64,000 nt of DNA, taken from positions 10,853 through 74,852 of the forward strand of contig CAWINB010000004.1 of assembly GCA_963837465.1 (NCBI GenBank), written 5' to 3'. This stretch comes from Candidatus Doudnabacteria bacterium. Lineage in GTDB: Bacteria; Patescibacteriota; Doudnabacteria; UBA920. The notes under the pieces are model-generated. The model saw nothing but the letters and a program-made list of their open reading frames with translations, made no database searches and was not told the DNA's origin. The position numbers were made by a program, and so were the translations under genes. Shown here in pieces: positions 10,666-19,780 of the stretch; position 1 is the first letter of the stretch; every line of letters starts with the position of its first letter.

Positions 10666-10862
10666 ATTTTTAATAACTTTTAGTTTAGATGTAGCTACAG
10701 TTTAGCACAAAATAAAAAGCTCCGGTAACGGAGCTGCTTATTTTACTTTTTGTTTCATAGATATTTTGTCAGTGGTGGGCTGCGGATTTTAACTCGCGGC
10801 CCGCCACTTAGGCCTTAAGGCGGACGCTATTTAAATTAATTAATAGAGTCGGAAGTTGATGG

Positions 10863-10898
10863 AACGGAAGGGCTGAAAAAAATCCAGCCCTTCCGGTT
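10863..10898 (-). terminator. hairpin CCGGAAGGGCTG-aaaaaaat-CAGCCCTTCCGG downstream of the TonB-like gene
   Basis: Perfect 12-bp inverted repeat. Located 3' of the minus-strand ORF ending at 10975. Confidence 0.55.
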
Positions 10899-10974
10899 AC
10901 AGCCGCCGCTGGAGGCCGCTGTCTGGGTAGAAGGCGCCGGGAATATCCCAACTTAAAGGCCTTCAAGGAAGAAC

Positions 10975-11745
10975 TTACTGGGCCAGGGTGAAGACCACCT
11001 GGATAGTGGTGGCGACCTGGACAGGTTGCTCGTTAAGAAGCGTAGGTTGGTAAACCCACTGCTTTACCGCATCAAGAGCGGCCTGGCGCAGCAATGGGTG
11101 CCCGCTGACAACCTTGAGCTCCTGGATGCGACCATCTTCGCCGATGATGGCCGATAGCTCCACCACTCCCGAAATCCGGGTGTTCCTGGCGAGCTGCGGG
11201 TAGACGGGATCCGGATGGCGAACCAGCTTGGCGTTCTGCACACGCCCGCCGACGGGGATAATGTTGGGTCGGGGTGGTTTTGGCGCCGGGGCTTTGGGGG
11301 GTGGAGGTGCTACGTTGACGCCACCGGAGCCGTTGCCGATTAGGCAGTCCAGGCATACGCCCGTTCCGCCGGATCCAGGTCCAGGGTTGCCGGGTCCGCC
11401 GTAAACTGCGGGCGGAACTTCGGCAATTTCCGCTACCGCGATCTTGGGGATCGCGCTTGGGAAAGCAAACTTTCTGATCGCAACCCTAGGAGCGGGTTGC
11501 GGGTTAGTAGTTTGCGGGGTCGCCGTCTTGCTAGCCGTTGCCGGCTGTTGCTTGGGCAATCTTACAACCACCTCAGCCGGCTGTACCAGCGTAGGCCGGG
11601 CCAGCTTAACCTCAAGCATGGCCGATTTTCCCTTGGTCGTAAAAACCAAGAGAGTGATGATGGCGGCTACAACAGGGACGCCAATCATCAAAGATTTTAA
11701 AGTTGGAGAGAGTCCTTGTCTCTTCTCCGTAAATTGCCCGAACAT
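10975..11745 (-). CDS. TonB-family protein (Pro-rich spacer plus TonB C-terminal domain)
   Basis: N-terminal TM helix, Pro/Ala-rich linker (PPPPKAPAPKPPRP). C-terminal PVYPQLARNTRISGVVELSAIIGEDGRIQELKVVSGHPLLRQAALDAVKQWVYQP is typical of TonB_C. Markedly higher GC than flanks. Confidence 0.65.
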   Translation of the reverse strand: MFGQFTEKRQGLSPTLKSLMIGVPVVAAIITLLVFTTKGKSAMLEVKLARPTLVQPAEVVVRLPKQQPATASKTATPQTTNPQPAPRVAIRKFAFPSAIPKIAVAEIAEVPPAVYGGPGNPGPGSGGTGVCLDCLIGNGSGGVNVAPPPPKAPAPKPPRPNIIPVGGRVQNAKLVRHPDPVYPQLARNTRISGVVELSAIIGEDGRIQELKVVSGHPLLRQAALDAVKQWVYQPTLLNEQPVQVATTIQVVFTLAQ

Positions 11746-11942
11746 CTGTTTGTTACTTGTTTGCCCTCCTTAAGGGTTTGTTTTGAACGAGATGCTCACC
11801 GTTATTCCACCTTATCGCTTAACCATTAATGGTACGGGTAGATAAAGTAGTCGCAAGCGGATTGGGTATTACCCCTTTCTACCTTAGGCATACACCCGCG
11901 TTAAAACCAGGTCAAATAACTAAAGCACCCGTTATCCACCGA

Positions 11943-11963
11943 CTGTATGAAAGTTTCATACAA
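11943..11963. promoter_or_regulatory. perfect palindrome TGTATGAAA-G-TTTCATACA in the 480-bp region upstream of the zeta-toxin-like gene
   Basis: 9-bp arms, perfect. Candidate operator. Confidence 0.3.
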
Positions 11964-12233
11964 TTATAAAGGCCGATAAATCCCCACGCTACGCCACTCT
12001 TGGCTAAACCCCGCATTTGCCTTATACTACTCACTAATCCCTAACCCCTAATTCATGTCCTTCCAAATCGGCATTGTATGAACACAACCCGACATTCGGT
12101 GCTGGACGAAAGTGTTAAGTTCATTCCATTTTCCTGTATAATAAAAATGCCGCCGTGGCAAAAGGCACGGGCTATAACGGCCCGTGACCGGTATGGCAAA
12201 ATTGTTCATTCATCTCCCATTCCCGCCTAAATT

Positions 12234-12938
12234 ATGGAAACCCAAAACGACCAACAACAAATTGACGCCGCCTACCAGTACCTCAAAGAACATAAACACG
12301 AATTGATCGAACGTTTTGCAGACCCTAAAATTTATAAGCCTGATAGCGAGCCAGTAACTCTATTTATGGCTGGTTCGCCCGGTGCGGGCAAAACCGAATC
12401 TTCCAAACGATTAATTGAGCTGTTTACTGGTAATCCTCCGGTGCGCATTGATGCCGACGACATCCGCAGTATCTTTCCCAATTATACTGGCTTCAATTCT
12501 CATATTTTTCAGCGTGCCTGCACTTTAGGAGTGAACTTACTTTTTAACCATGTCATGCATAATAATATTAACGCTATTTTGGATGGGACATTTGCTTACG
12601 AACGCGCTATGGAAAATATAGAGCGGTCGCTAAATCATAAGCGTGAAGTCATTATTTACTATTTGTTTCAAGACCCTAAAGTGGCTTGGGACTTTACCCA
12701 AATTCGCGAAGCCAAGGAAGGTCGCAGAGTTTCCAAAGAGGTTTTCATCAATGCTTTCCTGCGAGCCCGCGAAAATGTAAGCCAGGCCAAAGCCCACTAT
12801 GGCGATAAAATAATGCTTAACTTAATTATCAAAGATTTTACCAAAAATTTTGAGCAAGCCTACCCCAATGTCGGTCGTCTTGATAAGTATCTGCCAACAG
12901 TGTATACTAAAGAAAAACTGGAGAAATTACTATCATGA
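12234..12938 (+). CDS. zeta-toxin-like P-loop kinase (PezT/zeta family)
   Basis: Walker A MAGSPGAGKTES in the zeta-toxin arrangement. About 234 aa, typical of the family. Confidence 0.6.
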   Translation: METQNDQQQIDAAYQYLKEHKHELIERFADPKIYKPDSEPVTLFMAGSPGAGKTESSKRLIELFTGNPPVRIDADDIRSIFPNYTGFNSHIFQRACTLGVNLLFNHVMHNNINAILDGTFAYERAMENIERSLNHKREVIIYYLFQDPKVAWDFTQIREAKEGRRVSKEVFINAFLRARENVSQAKAHYGDKIMLNLIIKDFTKNFEQAYPNVGRLDKYLPTVYTKEKLEKLLS

Positions 12939-13120
12939 TGAAAAAATTTAAAGCGGTATTTAGCCCTCACAAAGAAGAGAAAAAGAATTTTTCCTCGTTT
13001 TTTAGACATGCCTCGCCGGAAGATCAAAAACGGCTGATGGAAGACGTTGCCCGCAAGGCTAACCAAGACCAAAGGGAACTGGTTGAAGCATATCACCAAG
13101 CAAACCAAAAGTTGATGTAA
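12935..13120 (+). CDS. small ORF translationally coupled (ATGATG overlap) to the zeta-toxin-like gene; possible cognate partner
   Basis: 61-aa ORF overlapping the toxin stop by 4 nt. Charged and helical (EDQKRLMEDVARKANQDQRELVEAYHQANQKL). Confidence 0.3.
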   Translation: MMKKFKAVFSPHKEEKKNFSSFFRHASPEDQKRLMEDVARKANQDQRELVEAYHQANQKLM

Positions 13121-13466
13121 AAAGCCGGTTTTTGTAACGACCCGGTATCAATTTTCGTCTTTATATTCAGGTCTCGGCGAAGGCCTGCCCTTTTTTGGCA
13201 GAGATTGGTTTAGCTAAGTTGGTATACCGACTTATTAAAATAGCCGAAGACCAGTCCGAATACAGACCGTATGGCTGGTGTCCGTGGCGTATCTACGGAA
13301 TAGGAACAGCCAACCTCTTATTACAATGTTGGATCACTAAGTCAAAAGACAGCTTAGGACAGAAAAACCGGAGAGTCCTCCAAGGACATCGCCGGTTTTT
13401 TTTGATATTTAAAGAAAACCGGCTTTAGTGAACCGTACCCTCTTTAGTGGACAGAGGATAAAACCG

Positions 13467-14033
13467 CTAAGTTTGTAAAGATAAAAGATGATTCCGGTAA
13501 TTAACCGGGGTCATCTTTTTTAAATCCCATTGTTGTCTCTCGTTGTTGTAGTATCGCACATATTCGGTGATTAGCATAAGAAGTTCTTCAAAAGTCTTGC
13601 AGTCCTGGTAGTCTACGTCGTCTTTTAAATGGCCAAAGAACGATTCCATTGGCGCATTGTCGATGCGCCGGCCTTTACGGGACATAGATTGTACCATGCC
13701 AAGGCTTTTTACCATATTAATATACTGCGGGCTGGTGTAGTGGAACCCCTGGTCAGAATGAATAATGGTTTTGGTAAGCGGCAGTCTGGCATTGGTCTTC
13801 ATCTGCTCTAAGCTGTCCATGACCACCTCCATGCCGATATGCCTGGACAAGTTCCAGCCCACGACCTCGCCGCTGGCAATGTCCTTAATGGCTGAAAAGT
13901 AGGCTAGGCGGTGATTGAAAGGCAGATAGGTGATGTCCGTACAGAAGACTCTGTAGGGCACAGATTGGGTAAAGTTCCTGTTCAGGATATTGGCAAAACT
14001 TTTGTGCCCCCTGGTCTTTTTCATAATAGCCAT
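13467..14033 (-). pseudogene. IS3-family transposase OrfB remnant (integrase-core/rve domain only)
   Basis: DDE-region signatures HSDQGFHYTS, NAPMESFFG, YYNNERQQ. The N-terminal ~100 aa and OrfA are missing. Confidence 0.6.
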
Positions 14034-14332
14034 TTGTGGAGCATTACTCTCGCTTGGTCAGAGAACTGTATGTTAAGCATATTCACGAAACCCCAACACG
14101 CCTAAAATGGATAATCAAGCTTATGGACGTAACCTCCCTAATAAACCTCACTTTCAGAAAACTGGCTATTGATAATAAGTGGAAAAAGCTCGAACCGATG
14201 ATACTCGACGAACAAACACTAAAAAACGTGGCACAAGTTACCGAGCGAACCAATTTTTTGAAAGGTTTCGCTCATAAGTAAAAAGTATTATAATTAAGAG
14301 GCTTAAAGCCTCTTTTTTATTTAAACCCCTCT

Positions 14333-15928
14333 ATGCCTAAGTCCGATAATTATTTGGAGAAAACCCAACAATGGCAACCACTGTTGGATGTTTTGATTAA
14401 AAATAAAGACCTGCAATGGAAAACAACCAGTGATATTAAGCAACTGGTTAAGTATATCGATAGTGAGTATGAGGCATTTTGCCACGAAGCCGAGGATTTA
14501 AAAGAAGCCTTGGTGATTTGTTTATTCCCTACCGATGGCTATATAAACAGAGATTTTCAAAATGAAAACGTTTGGAGATTTTTGGCCAGTTTATACGTGC
14601 AAAAAATTATCACCGACTTGCATTTACCAATTTATATCAAAAGAAAAAATCAGCAAATGGTTGAAGTCCAAGGGCTGCCGGTTTATTTTGACCCAAACAG
14701 TGCTTTAAAGGAAGCTATAACAAATCCGGAAAAATTTAAAAGGTCTTTTGTTCGCTTTAAAATTCCAGACTGGAATAAGTTTGAAAAAATAAGAGACAAA
14801 GTTTACGCTGACAAACAAACTTTGGTTTTGGAGAACAAAACGGGTGAACCAGTAGTAATACAGCCTACGGATTTAGATTTGGCATTGGCGTATTTAAAAC
14901 CTTCCGTATTAAAATCAAGACACTCCGGCGAGTGGGTTTTTGGAGACATTGAGTTAGGAGCTGTTAGCGATGGGTTAGAAGGAGAAGAAACCAAAAAAAT
15001 GTTATGTGTGGCTGATTTCCTAAAATCGGAAAGAGTTATTGATAGCTATCAGGTTATAGAAAGAGAAGACACTATAATTTATAAAAATAAAAACAAGGAT
15101 ACGTCGGAGCCAATTCCTTTCGTTGGCTATGTTGCCCGCTGCAAGTTCAAACCAAGCGAAGCTTTAGAATTTATGAAGCAGCATTGGCACCCAACGCACC
15201 TAAAAATCAAACAGATTGCTGATTTATATTTAAAGCTAATTAAGGTTGTAGAGGCTTATTTTAAACAACCCGAACCAGATGTGCAGCTCAATGCTTACTA
15301 TGTTCAAATTGATACTCAAATCAAAGATTTATTGACTGGCGACCTACCGCCACGACTGCGGCTGGATTACGATAAGCCTTTTGCTGACCTACTCTCAGCC
15401 CACAAGCAAATAGAGCAGACAAAAACAACGCTGCAAAGTCACCTCAATTCTGTATATGCTTTCTATGGCGTTTTGCAGGACTTTTTAAATTTTTATAATC
15501 TAAACCCTGAATTAGCTAAGGTAGAAGGGCTGGAAGATTACCTGTCAGACTTAAATGCAAAACAGGAAGAACCAAAATTTTTGCCAAGTCCACAAGAAAC
15601 CCAACCAAGAACTGAAAGTCCAAAAAAGGCAGTTTTTATATCCACTGACTACGGTATTTATTTGAATAAGGCCACCATAAAGCCTAACTATGCCATTAAA
15701 GGAAAGCGGGCAAAATTGCTCTGGCTGCTAAAAGATGGCCGGAAACTTACAGGTAAATTTATGGCGGAAACTTTGGGTCAAACCTTACCTTTGGTAAGTA
15801 AGGAACTGGAAGCTGTAAATACAAATTTTAAAGAAATTTTAAAACTGCAAGATGACTTGGTTATTCGTGTGGACACTGGCGGGCATCGTTTGAACAAGGA
15901 ATTATTTGAAGTTAAATTTTTAGAATAA
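14333..15928 (+). CDS. hypothetical 531-aa protein with C-terminal winged-helix-like region
   Basis: Long intact ORF in a low-GC mobile island. No recognisable catalytic motif. C-terminus KRAKLLWLLKDGRKLTGKFMAETLGQTLPLVSKELEA looks HTH-like. Confidence 0.4.
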   Translation: MPKSDNYLEKTQQWQPLLDVLIKNKDLQWKTTSDIKQLVKYIDSEYEAFCHEAEDLKEALVICLFPTDGYINRDFQNENVWRFLASLYVQKIITDLHLPIYIKRKNQQMVEVQGLPVYFDPNSALKEAITNPEKFKRSFVRFKIPDWNKFEKIRDKVYADKQTLVLENKTGEPVVIQPTDLDLALAYLKPSVLKSRHSGEWVFGDIELGAVSDGLEGEETKKMLCVADFLKSERVIDSYQVIEREDTIIYKNKNKDTSEPIPFVGYVARCKFKPSEALEFMKQHWHPTHLKIKQIADLYLKLIKVVEAYFKQPEPDVQLNAYYVQIDTQIKDLLTGDLPPRLRLDYDKPFADLLSAHKQIEQTKTTLQSHLNSVYAFYGVLQDFLNFYNLNPELAKVEGLEDYLSDLNAKQEEPKFLPSPQETQPRTESPKKAVFISTDYGIYLNKATIKPNYAIKGKRAKLLWLLKDGRKLTGKFMAETLGQTLPLVSKELEAVNTNFKEILKLQDDLVIRVDTGGHRLNKELFEVKFLE

Positions 15929-15968
15929 CTTGTAGTTGACTTCCTGTTGTTGTTAATAAGTTTTAACT

Positions 15969-15992
15969 AAACGGCTCAAATGAGCCGTTTTA
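15969..15992 (+). terminator. hairpin AAACGGCTCA-aat-GAGCCGTTT
   Basis: Perfect stem directly after the 531-aa ORF, followed by T-rich sequence. Confidence 0.55.
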
Positions 15993-16160
15993 ATTTTGTC
16001 CAAGGTTAAGCAAGTGCTAATTACAGGTATTTTCCATTTCTCCTATGCTTAGAGTAGGAAGAGTTAATCAGGCTGCTGCCTTGGAATTAGGTTCAACTCA
16101 TAGAGGGGTTTTCCTAAAACTTGGGCAGCGACCTGATTACCTCTAAACTTTAACTCCTCT

Positions 16161-16580
16161 ATGGCCAGCAGATACAATACCAGACTAATACGTAAGCGTC
16201 GCACCTATACCACTAAAGAGATAGCGGCATTGTTTGGTATGCATATACGCAGCGTTTTGCAGTGGGTGGCAAAACAAGGCCTGTCACCCATAGAGGGTAG
16301 TTCCAATCCCTATTTATTCTACGGGGAAGTATTATACGATTTTTTGACCAAAAAGAAACAAAAACGCAAATGTTCATTGCTTAAAGATGAATTTTATTGC
16401 CTTAAGTGCAAGTGCGGCAGAAAAGGACTGGCTACTGAATTTTCCATAAACAAAACCGAAACCAAGATTGGAAGCAAGGGAAAATTTAAGGCCATTAAAA
16501 TTAGCAGGTGCGAAGTATGCGGCATAAAACTTTACCGGTTTGCAACGTATCAGAAGGAAGTGCCGGATAGGATTAACTGA
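16161..16580 (+). CDS. HTH DNA-binding protein with C-terminal Cys4 zinc-ribbon
   Basis: TTKEIAALFGMHIRSVLQWV (MerR/Xis-like HTH), then CLKCKC...CEVCG. Confidence 0.45.
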   Translation: MASRYNTRLIRKRRTYTTKEIAALFGMHIRSVLQWVAKQGLSPIEGSSNPYLFYGEVLYDFLTKKKQKRKCSLLKDEFYCLKCKCGRKGLATEFSINKTETKIGSKGKFKAIKISRCEVCGIKLYRFATYQKEVPDRIN

Positions 16581-16625
16581 CGATTATTACCCTCTCTTAA
16601 ACATTCACTTAAACGCTACAAAAAT

Positions 16626-17726
16626 ATGACAAAAATCAATCTCAAAAATGAACAAATAAAACGCAAGTATTTTGACTGGCTCAAGGAAGCCGATGGCCTT
16701 TCTGACAGTAGTATTGAAAAAGTGGAGCGGTCAATTGCATTATGGGACGACTTTACCCACGCTGCCGACTACAAAACCTTTAACCCCGAAACTGTTAAGG
16801 GCTTTAAGAAATGGTTGTTTGAACGCAAAAATGCTGCCACAAACCAGCCAATTACCCTAACCACCTGCCACCATTACCTTATAAGCCTTAATGAATTTTT
16901 TAAGTGGCTGGCGGCGCAGGCTGGCTATAAGTCTAAGATTTCCCTAAACGACGTTGCCTATTTGCAGCTTGATAAAAAGCAAACCAAAATCGCATTAAAT
17001 CCTACACGGAAACGCTACCCAACTTTGGCAATAATCGAAAGGCTGGTTAATTCCATTGAAGTAAAAACCGAGGTAGACCGACGGGACAGGGCACTAATTT
17101 GTTTTACCTTACTTTCCGCAATGCGGGACGAAGCTATTTCAACCCTACCGCTGGGCTGCCTTAACGTAGAAAAACAGCAAGTTCACCAAGACCCTGAACG
17201 TGGGGTAAAGACTAAATTTTCTAAGGATATTTTAACCACGCTGTTTATTTTTGACCCTACCTTTTGGGAAATTATAAAAGACTGGGTTGATTACCTGAAA
17301 AAAGAAAAGCTATTTACTGACCAAGACCCTATATTCCCTGCTACAAAAAATGAGCAGGAAGGCGGCGACAGTAGCTCATTTATTGCCGACAATGTTGAGC
17401 GGCGATTTTGGAAAACCACTGGCGGTATTCGGGCAGTGTTCAAAAAGCGTTTTGAAGCTGCGGGCTTGGAATACTTTTCGCCGCACTCGTTCCGCCATTC
17501 GGCAACCAAAATAGCATTAGAACTTTGCAAAACTCCAGCGGAATTTAAGGCAGTAAGCCAGAACTTAGGCCACGAAAATATGGCTACCACAATGTTTGAT
17601 TATGCTGCCCTACCAGATGAAGAAGTCGAAAAGAAAGTTAAAAGTATAGGGCAAGCCGACCAAGACACGCAGCAGGCCGACATTGTTCAGCGACTACTTA
17701 GGGATTATAAAATAACTCCTAAATAA
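16626..17726 (+). CDS. tyrosine site-specific recombinase / phage-type integrase
   Basis: C-terminal catalytic region HSFRHSATKIALE and LGHENMATTMFDYA (R..H..R..Y pattern). Confidence 0.7.
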   Translation: MTKINLKNEQIKRKYFDWLKEADGLSDSSIEKVERSIALWDDFTHAADYKTFNPETVKGFKKWLFERKNAATNQPITLTTCHHYLISLNEFFKWLAAQAGYKSKISLNDVAYLQLDKKQTKIALNPTRKRYPTLAIIERLVNSIEVKTEVDRRDRALICFTLLSAMRDEAISTLPLGCLNVEKQQVHQDPERGVKTKFSKDILTTLFIFDPTFWEIIKDWVDYLKKEKLFTDQDPIFPATKNEQEGGDSSSFIADNVERRFWKTTGGIRAVFKKRFEAAGLEYFSPHSFRHSATKIALELCKTPAEFKAVSQNLGHENMATTMFDYAALPDEEVEKKVKSIGQADQDTQQADIVQRLLRDYKITPK

Positions 17727-17734
17727 TTTTTGTT

Positions 17735-17971
17735 ATGCAGCCAAACTACCAAGAATTAACCAAATTGTCACAGATAGACCTTCCACAATTAGCGGATGGC
17801 CAAATTCTTGGATTGGCTAAAAAGGCAAAGACTAAAAGTAACGAACCGAGCTTAACATACCAGCTGACCAACGAACCGAACCAGTCCCAAATTGATAAAG
17901 CCTTTGATATTTTATTTGAGGAAACTTTAAAGAAAAACGGCGATTTGACATCTTATGACAATTTGGTATAA
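17735..17971 (+). CDS. hypothetical small protein
   Basis: 78-aa ORF immediately after the integrase. Confidence 0.25.
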   Translation: MQPNYQELTKLSQIDLPQLADGQILGLAKKAKTKSNEPSLTYQLTNEPNQSQIDKAFDILFEETLKKNGDLTSYDNLV

Positions 17972-17978
17972 TGGACTT

Positions 17979-18158
17979 ATGGAATTTTACACATTGGAAG
18001 AAGTAGCAAAAGAGCTTAGGGTTAACCCCCGCACCATAATGCGCTGGCTTAAAAGTGGCCAGTTGAAAGGTTATAAACTTGGCAATAGCCAGACGTCATT
18101 ACTCCGTATCCCAAAGGCCGAGGTTAATAAATTTTTAGCAAAACATAAAATTAAATGA
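17979..18158 (+). CDS. excisionase-family / MerR-like HTH DNA-binding protein
   Basis: MEFYTLEEVAKELRVNPRTIMRWLKSGQLKGYKLG matches the Xis/AlpA-type HTH pattern. Confidence 0.55.
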   Translation: MEFYTLEEVAKELRVNPRTIMRWLKSGQLKGYKLGNSQTSLLRIPKAEVNKFLAKHKIK

Positions 18159-19780
18159 ACGACCTAACAGACAAACAATTCAAGCTGATTGCCACCTATG
18201 CCCGTGTGTCCAAAAATCAGGACGAGCAAGAGCAGACAATAAAAAACCAGTCTATGGTTTTTACGGAATTGGCAGGTAAAAATAACTGGCAGATAGTGGA
18301 GGAGTATAAAGACGACGATTGGAGCGGCGATATTTTAGAACGACCTGCACTTGATAGGCTACGGCTTGATGCAAAAAATAAAAACCGAGCTTGGGAAGCG
18401 GTGCTTATTTATGACCCTGACCGTTTGGCTCGTCGCTATTCGTATCAAGAGCTTGTGATGGATGAGTTGCGGGAAGCAGGGGTTGAAGTAATGTTTGTTA
18501 CTGTTTCCGCTCCAAAAAACAGTGAAGATAAAATTTTGCACGGCGTGAGAGGATTGTTTGCTGAATATGAAAGAGCAAAAATAGCAGAAAGATTTAGACT
18601 TGGCAAACTTCGCAAAGTCAAAGAAGGTCACATTTTAACTACCGAAGCCCCCTATGGCTATCGCTACATTCGTAACAATAAAGAAACCAAACAGCACGGC
18701 TATTATGTAATTGAAGAGGAAGAAGCTAAAGTTGTTAAAATGATTTTCTCTTGGGTTGCCAATCACGGACTAACTTTGAGGACGATCGTAAGGAAACTTC
18801 AAGACATGGGACTTAAGCCGCGCAAAAGCAAGCGCGGGGTCTGGAGTACCAGCACTTTGAGCACTCTATTGCGGGCCCGCGTATATATCGGGGAGGCGCA
18901 TTGGGGTAGCTCGTATGCGGTTGTGCCGGAAAATCCACTCAATAAGGAAAAATATAAAAAGATGAAAAAGTCCAGCCGCAGAAAAAGGCCCATGGAAGAA
19001 TGGATAACCATACCTGTTCCTGCTATAATAGACTTTGAACTATTTGAGAAAGCCGGAAGACAGCTAAAAACAAACTTTGCGCTTTGCCAACGCAATAAGA
19101 AAAAAGAATACCTTTTATCAGGAATACTTGAATGCGCTTGCGGCAGGACACGAGTTGGTGAAGGATATTGCAACAAACCAAATTTATACTACCGTTGCAC
19201 CGACCGAGTTTCGAGCTTCCCTCTACCGCCCAAGTGTGCGGAAAAAGGCATTAATGCCAGAATATCCGATGATCTGGTTTGGCAAAAAATTGCCGAGCTC
19301 ATGAGTTCAGAAGAACTTATGTCCGAACAAGTAAACCGTTGGTTTAACAGCAGGCAGGACAAAAGCAAGGCAACCTTAGTTGATACGGGAAACTTAAAAA
19401 AAGAAGTTGAAAAATTACGGGCCCAAGTAGAGCGCTATAATAAAGGCTATGGCGCTGGAGCTTTTACCCTGGAAGAGCTTAAAAATTATACGACCCCAAT
19501 TCGAGATAGAATCAGCCAACTGGAAATACAGATTGCCAATTCCACCAATGAAGCTAACCAAATCAGATTAGAAGCGCCGACCCAGATAGAAATAGCGGAC
19601 TTCGCCAAAAAAGCAAAAGAGACCCTGCAAGATTTAAAATTTGCAGCCAAGCGGGCTATTGCGCTAAACGTCGTAGAAAAAGTTATCGGCACGAGGGAGC
19701 ATTTACAAGTAATCGGAAATATTCCAATCAATCAAAATGTCGGGTTCTTCTCATTCAATCGGCATCGTCGGTTTGCCTAA
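18155..19780 (+). CDS. large serine recombinase (resolvase/integrase family) no. 1
   Basis: N-terminal resolvase domain with catalytic Ser in ATYARVSKNQDEQ. Central recombinase domain. Zinc ribbon CACGRT...YYRC. C-terminal coiled-coil. The last 44 nt overlap the ychF start. Confidence 0.75.
   Translation: MNDLTDKQFKLIATYARVSKNQDEQEQTIKNQSMVFTELAGKNNWQIVEEYKDDDWSGDILERPALDRLRLDAKNKNRAWEAVLIYDPDRLARRYSYQELVMDELREAGVEVMFVTVSAPKNSEDKILHGVRGLFAEYERAKIAERFRLGKLRKVKEGHILTTEAPYGYRYIRNNKETKQHGYYVIEEEEAKVVKMIFSWVANHGLTLRTIVRKLQDMGLKPRKSKRGVWSTSTLSTLLRARVYIGEAHWGSSYAVVPENPLNKEKYKKMKKSSRRKRPMEEWITIPVPAIIDFELFEKAGRQLKTNFALCQRNKKKEYLLSGILECACGRTRVGEGYCNKPNLYYRCTDRVSSFPLPPKCAEKGINARISDDLVWQKIAELMSSEELMSEQVNRWFNSRQDKSKATLVDTGNLKKEVEKLRAQVERYNKGYGAGAFTLEELKNYTTPIRDRISQLEIQIANSTNEANQIRLEAPTQIEIADFAKKAKETLQDLKFAAKRAIALNVVEKVIGTREHLQVIGNIPINQNVGFFSFNRHRRFA

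Noticed and set aside
13195-13428. Possible structured ncRNA between the zeta-locus and the IS3 remnant
   Set aside because: I could not match it to RNase P, tmRNA, 6S or group II domain V signatures by eye. It is more likely the decayed 3' end of the IS3 element.
18155-19780. Recombinase no. 1 as an invertase controlling ychF
   Set aside because: No inverted repeats flank it. The overlap with ychF is better explained by integration at the gene 5' end.
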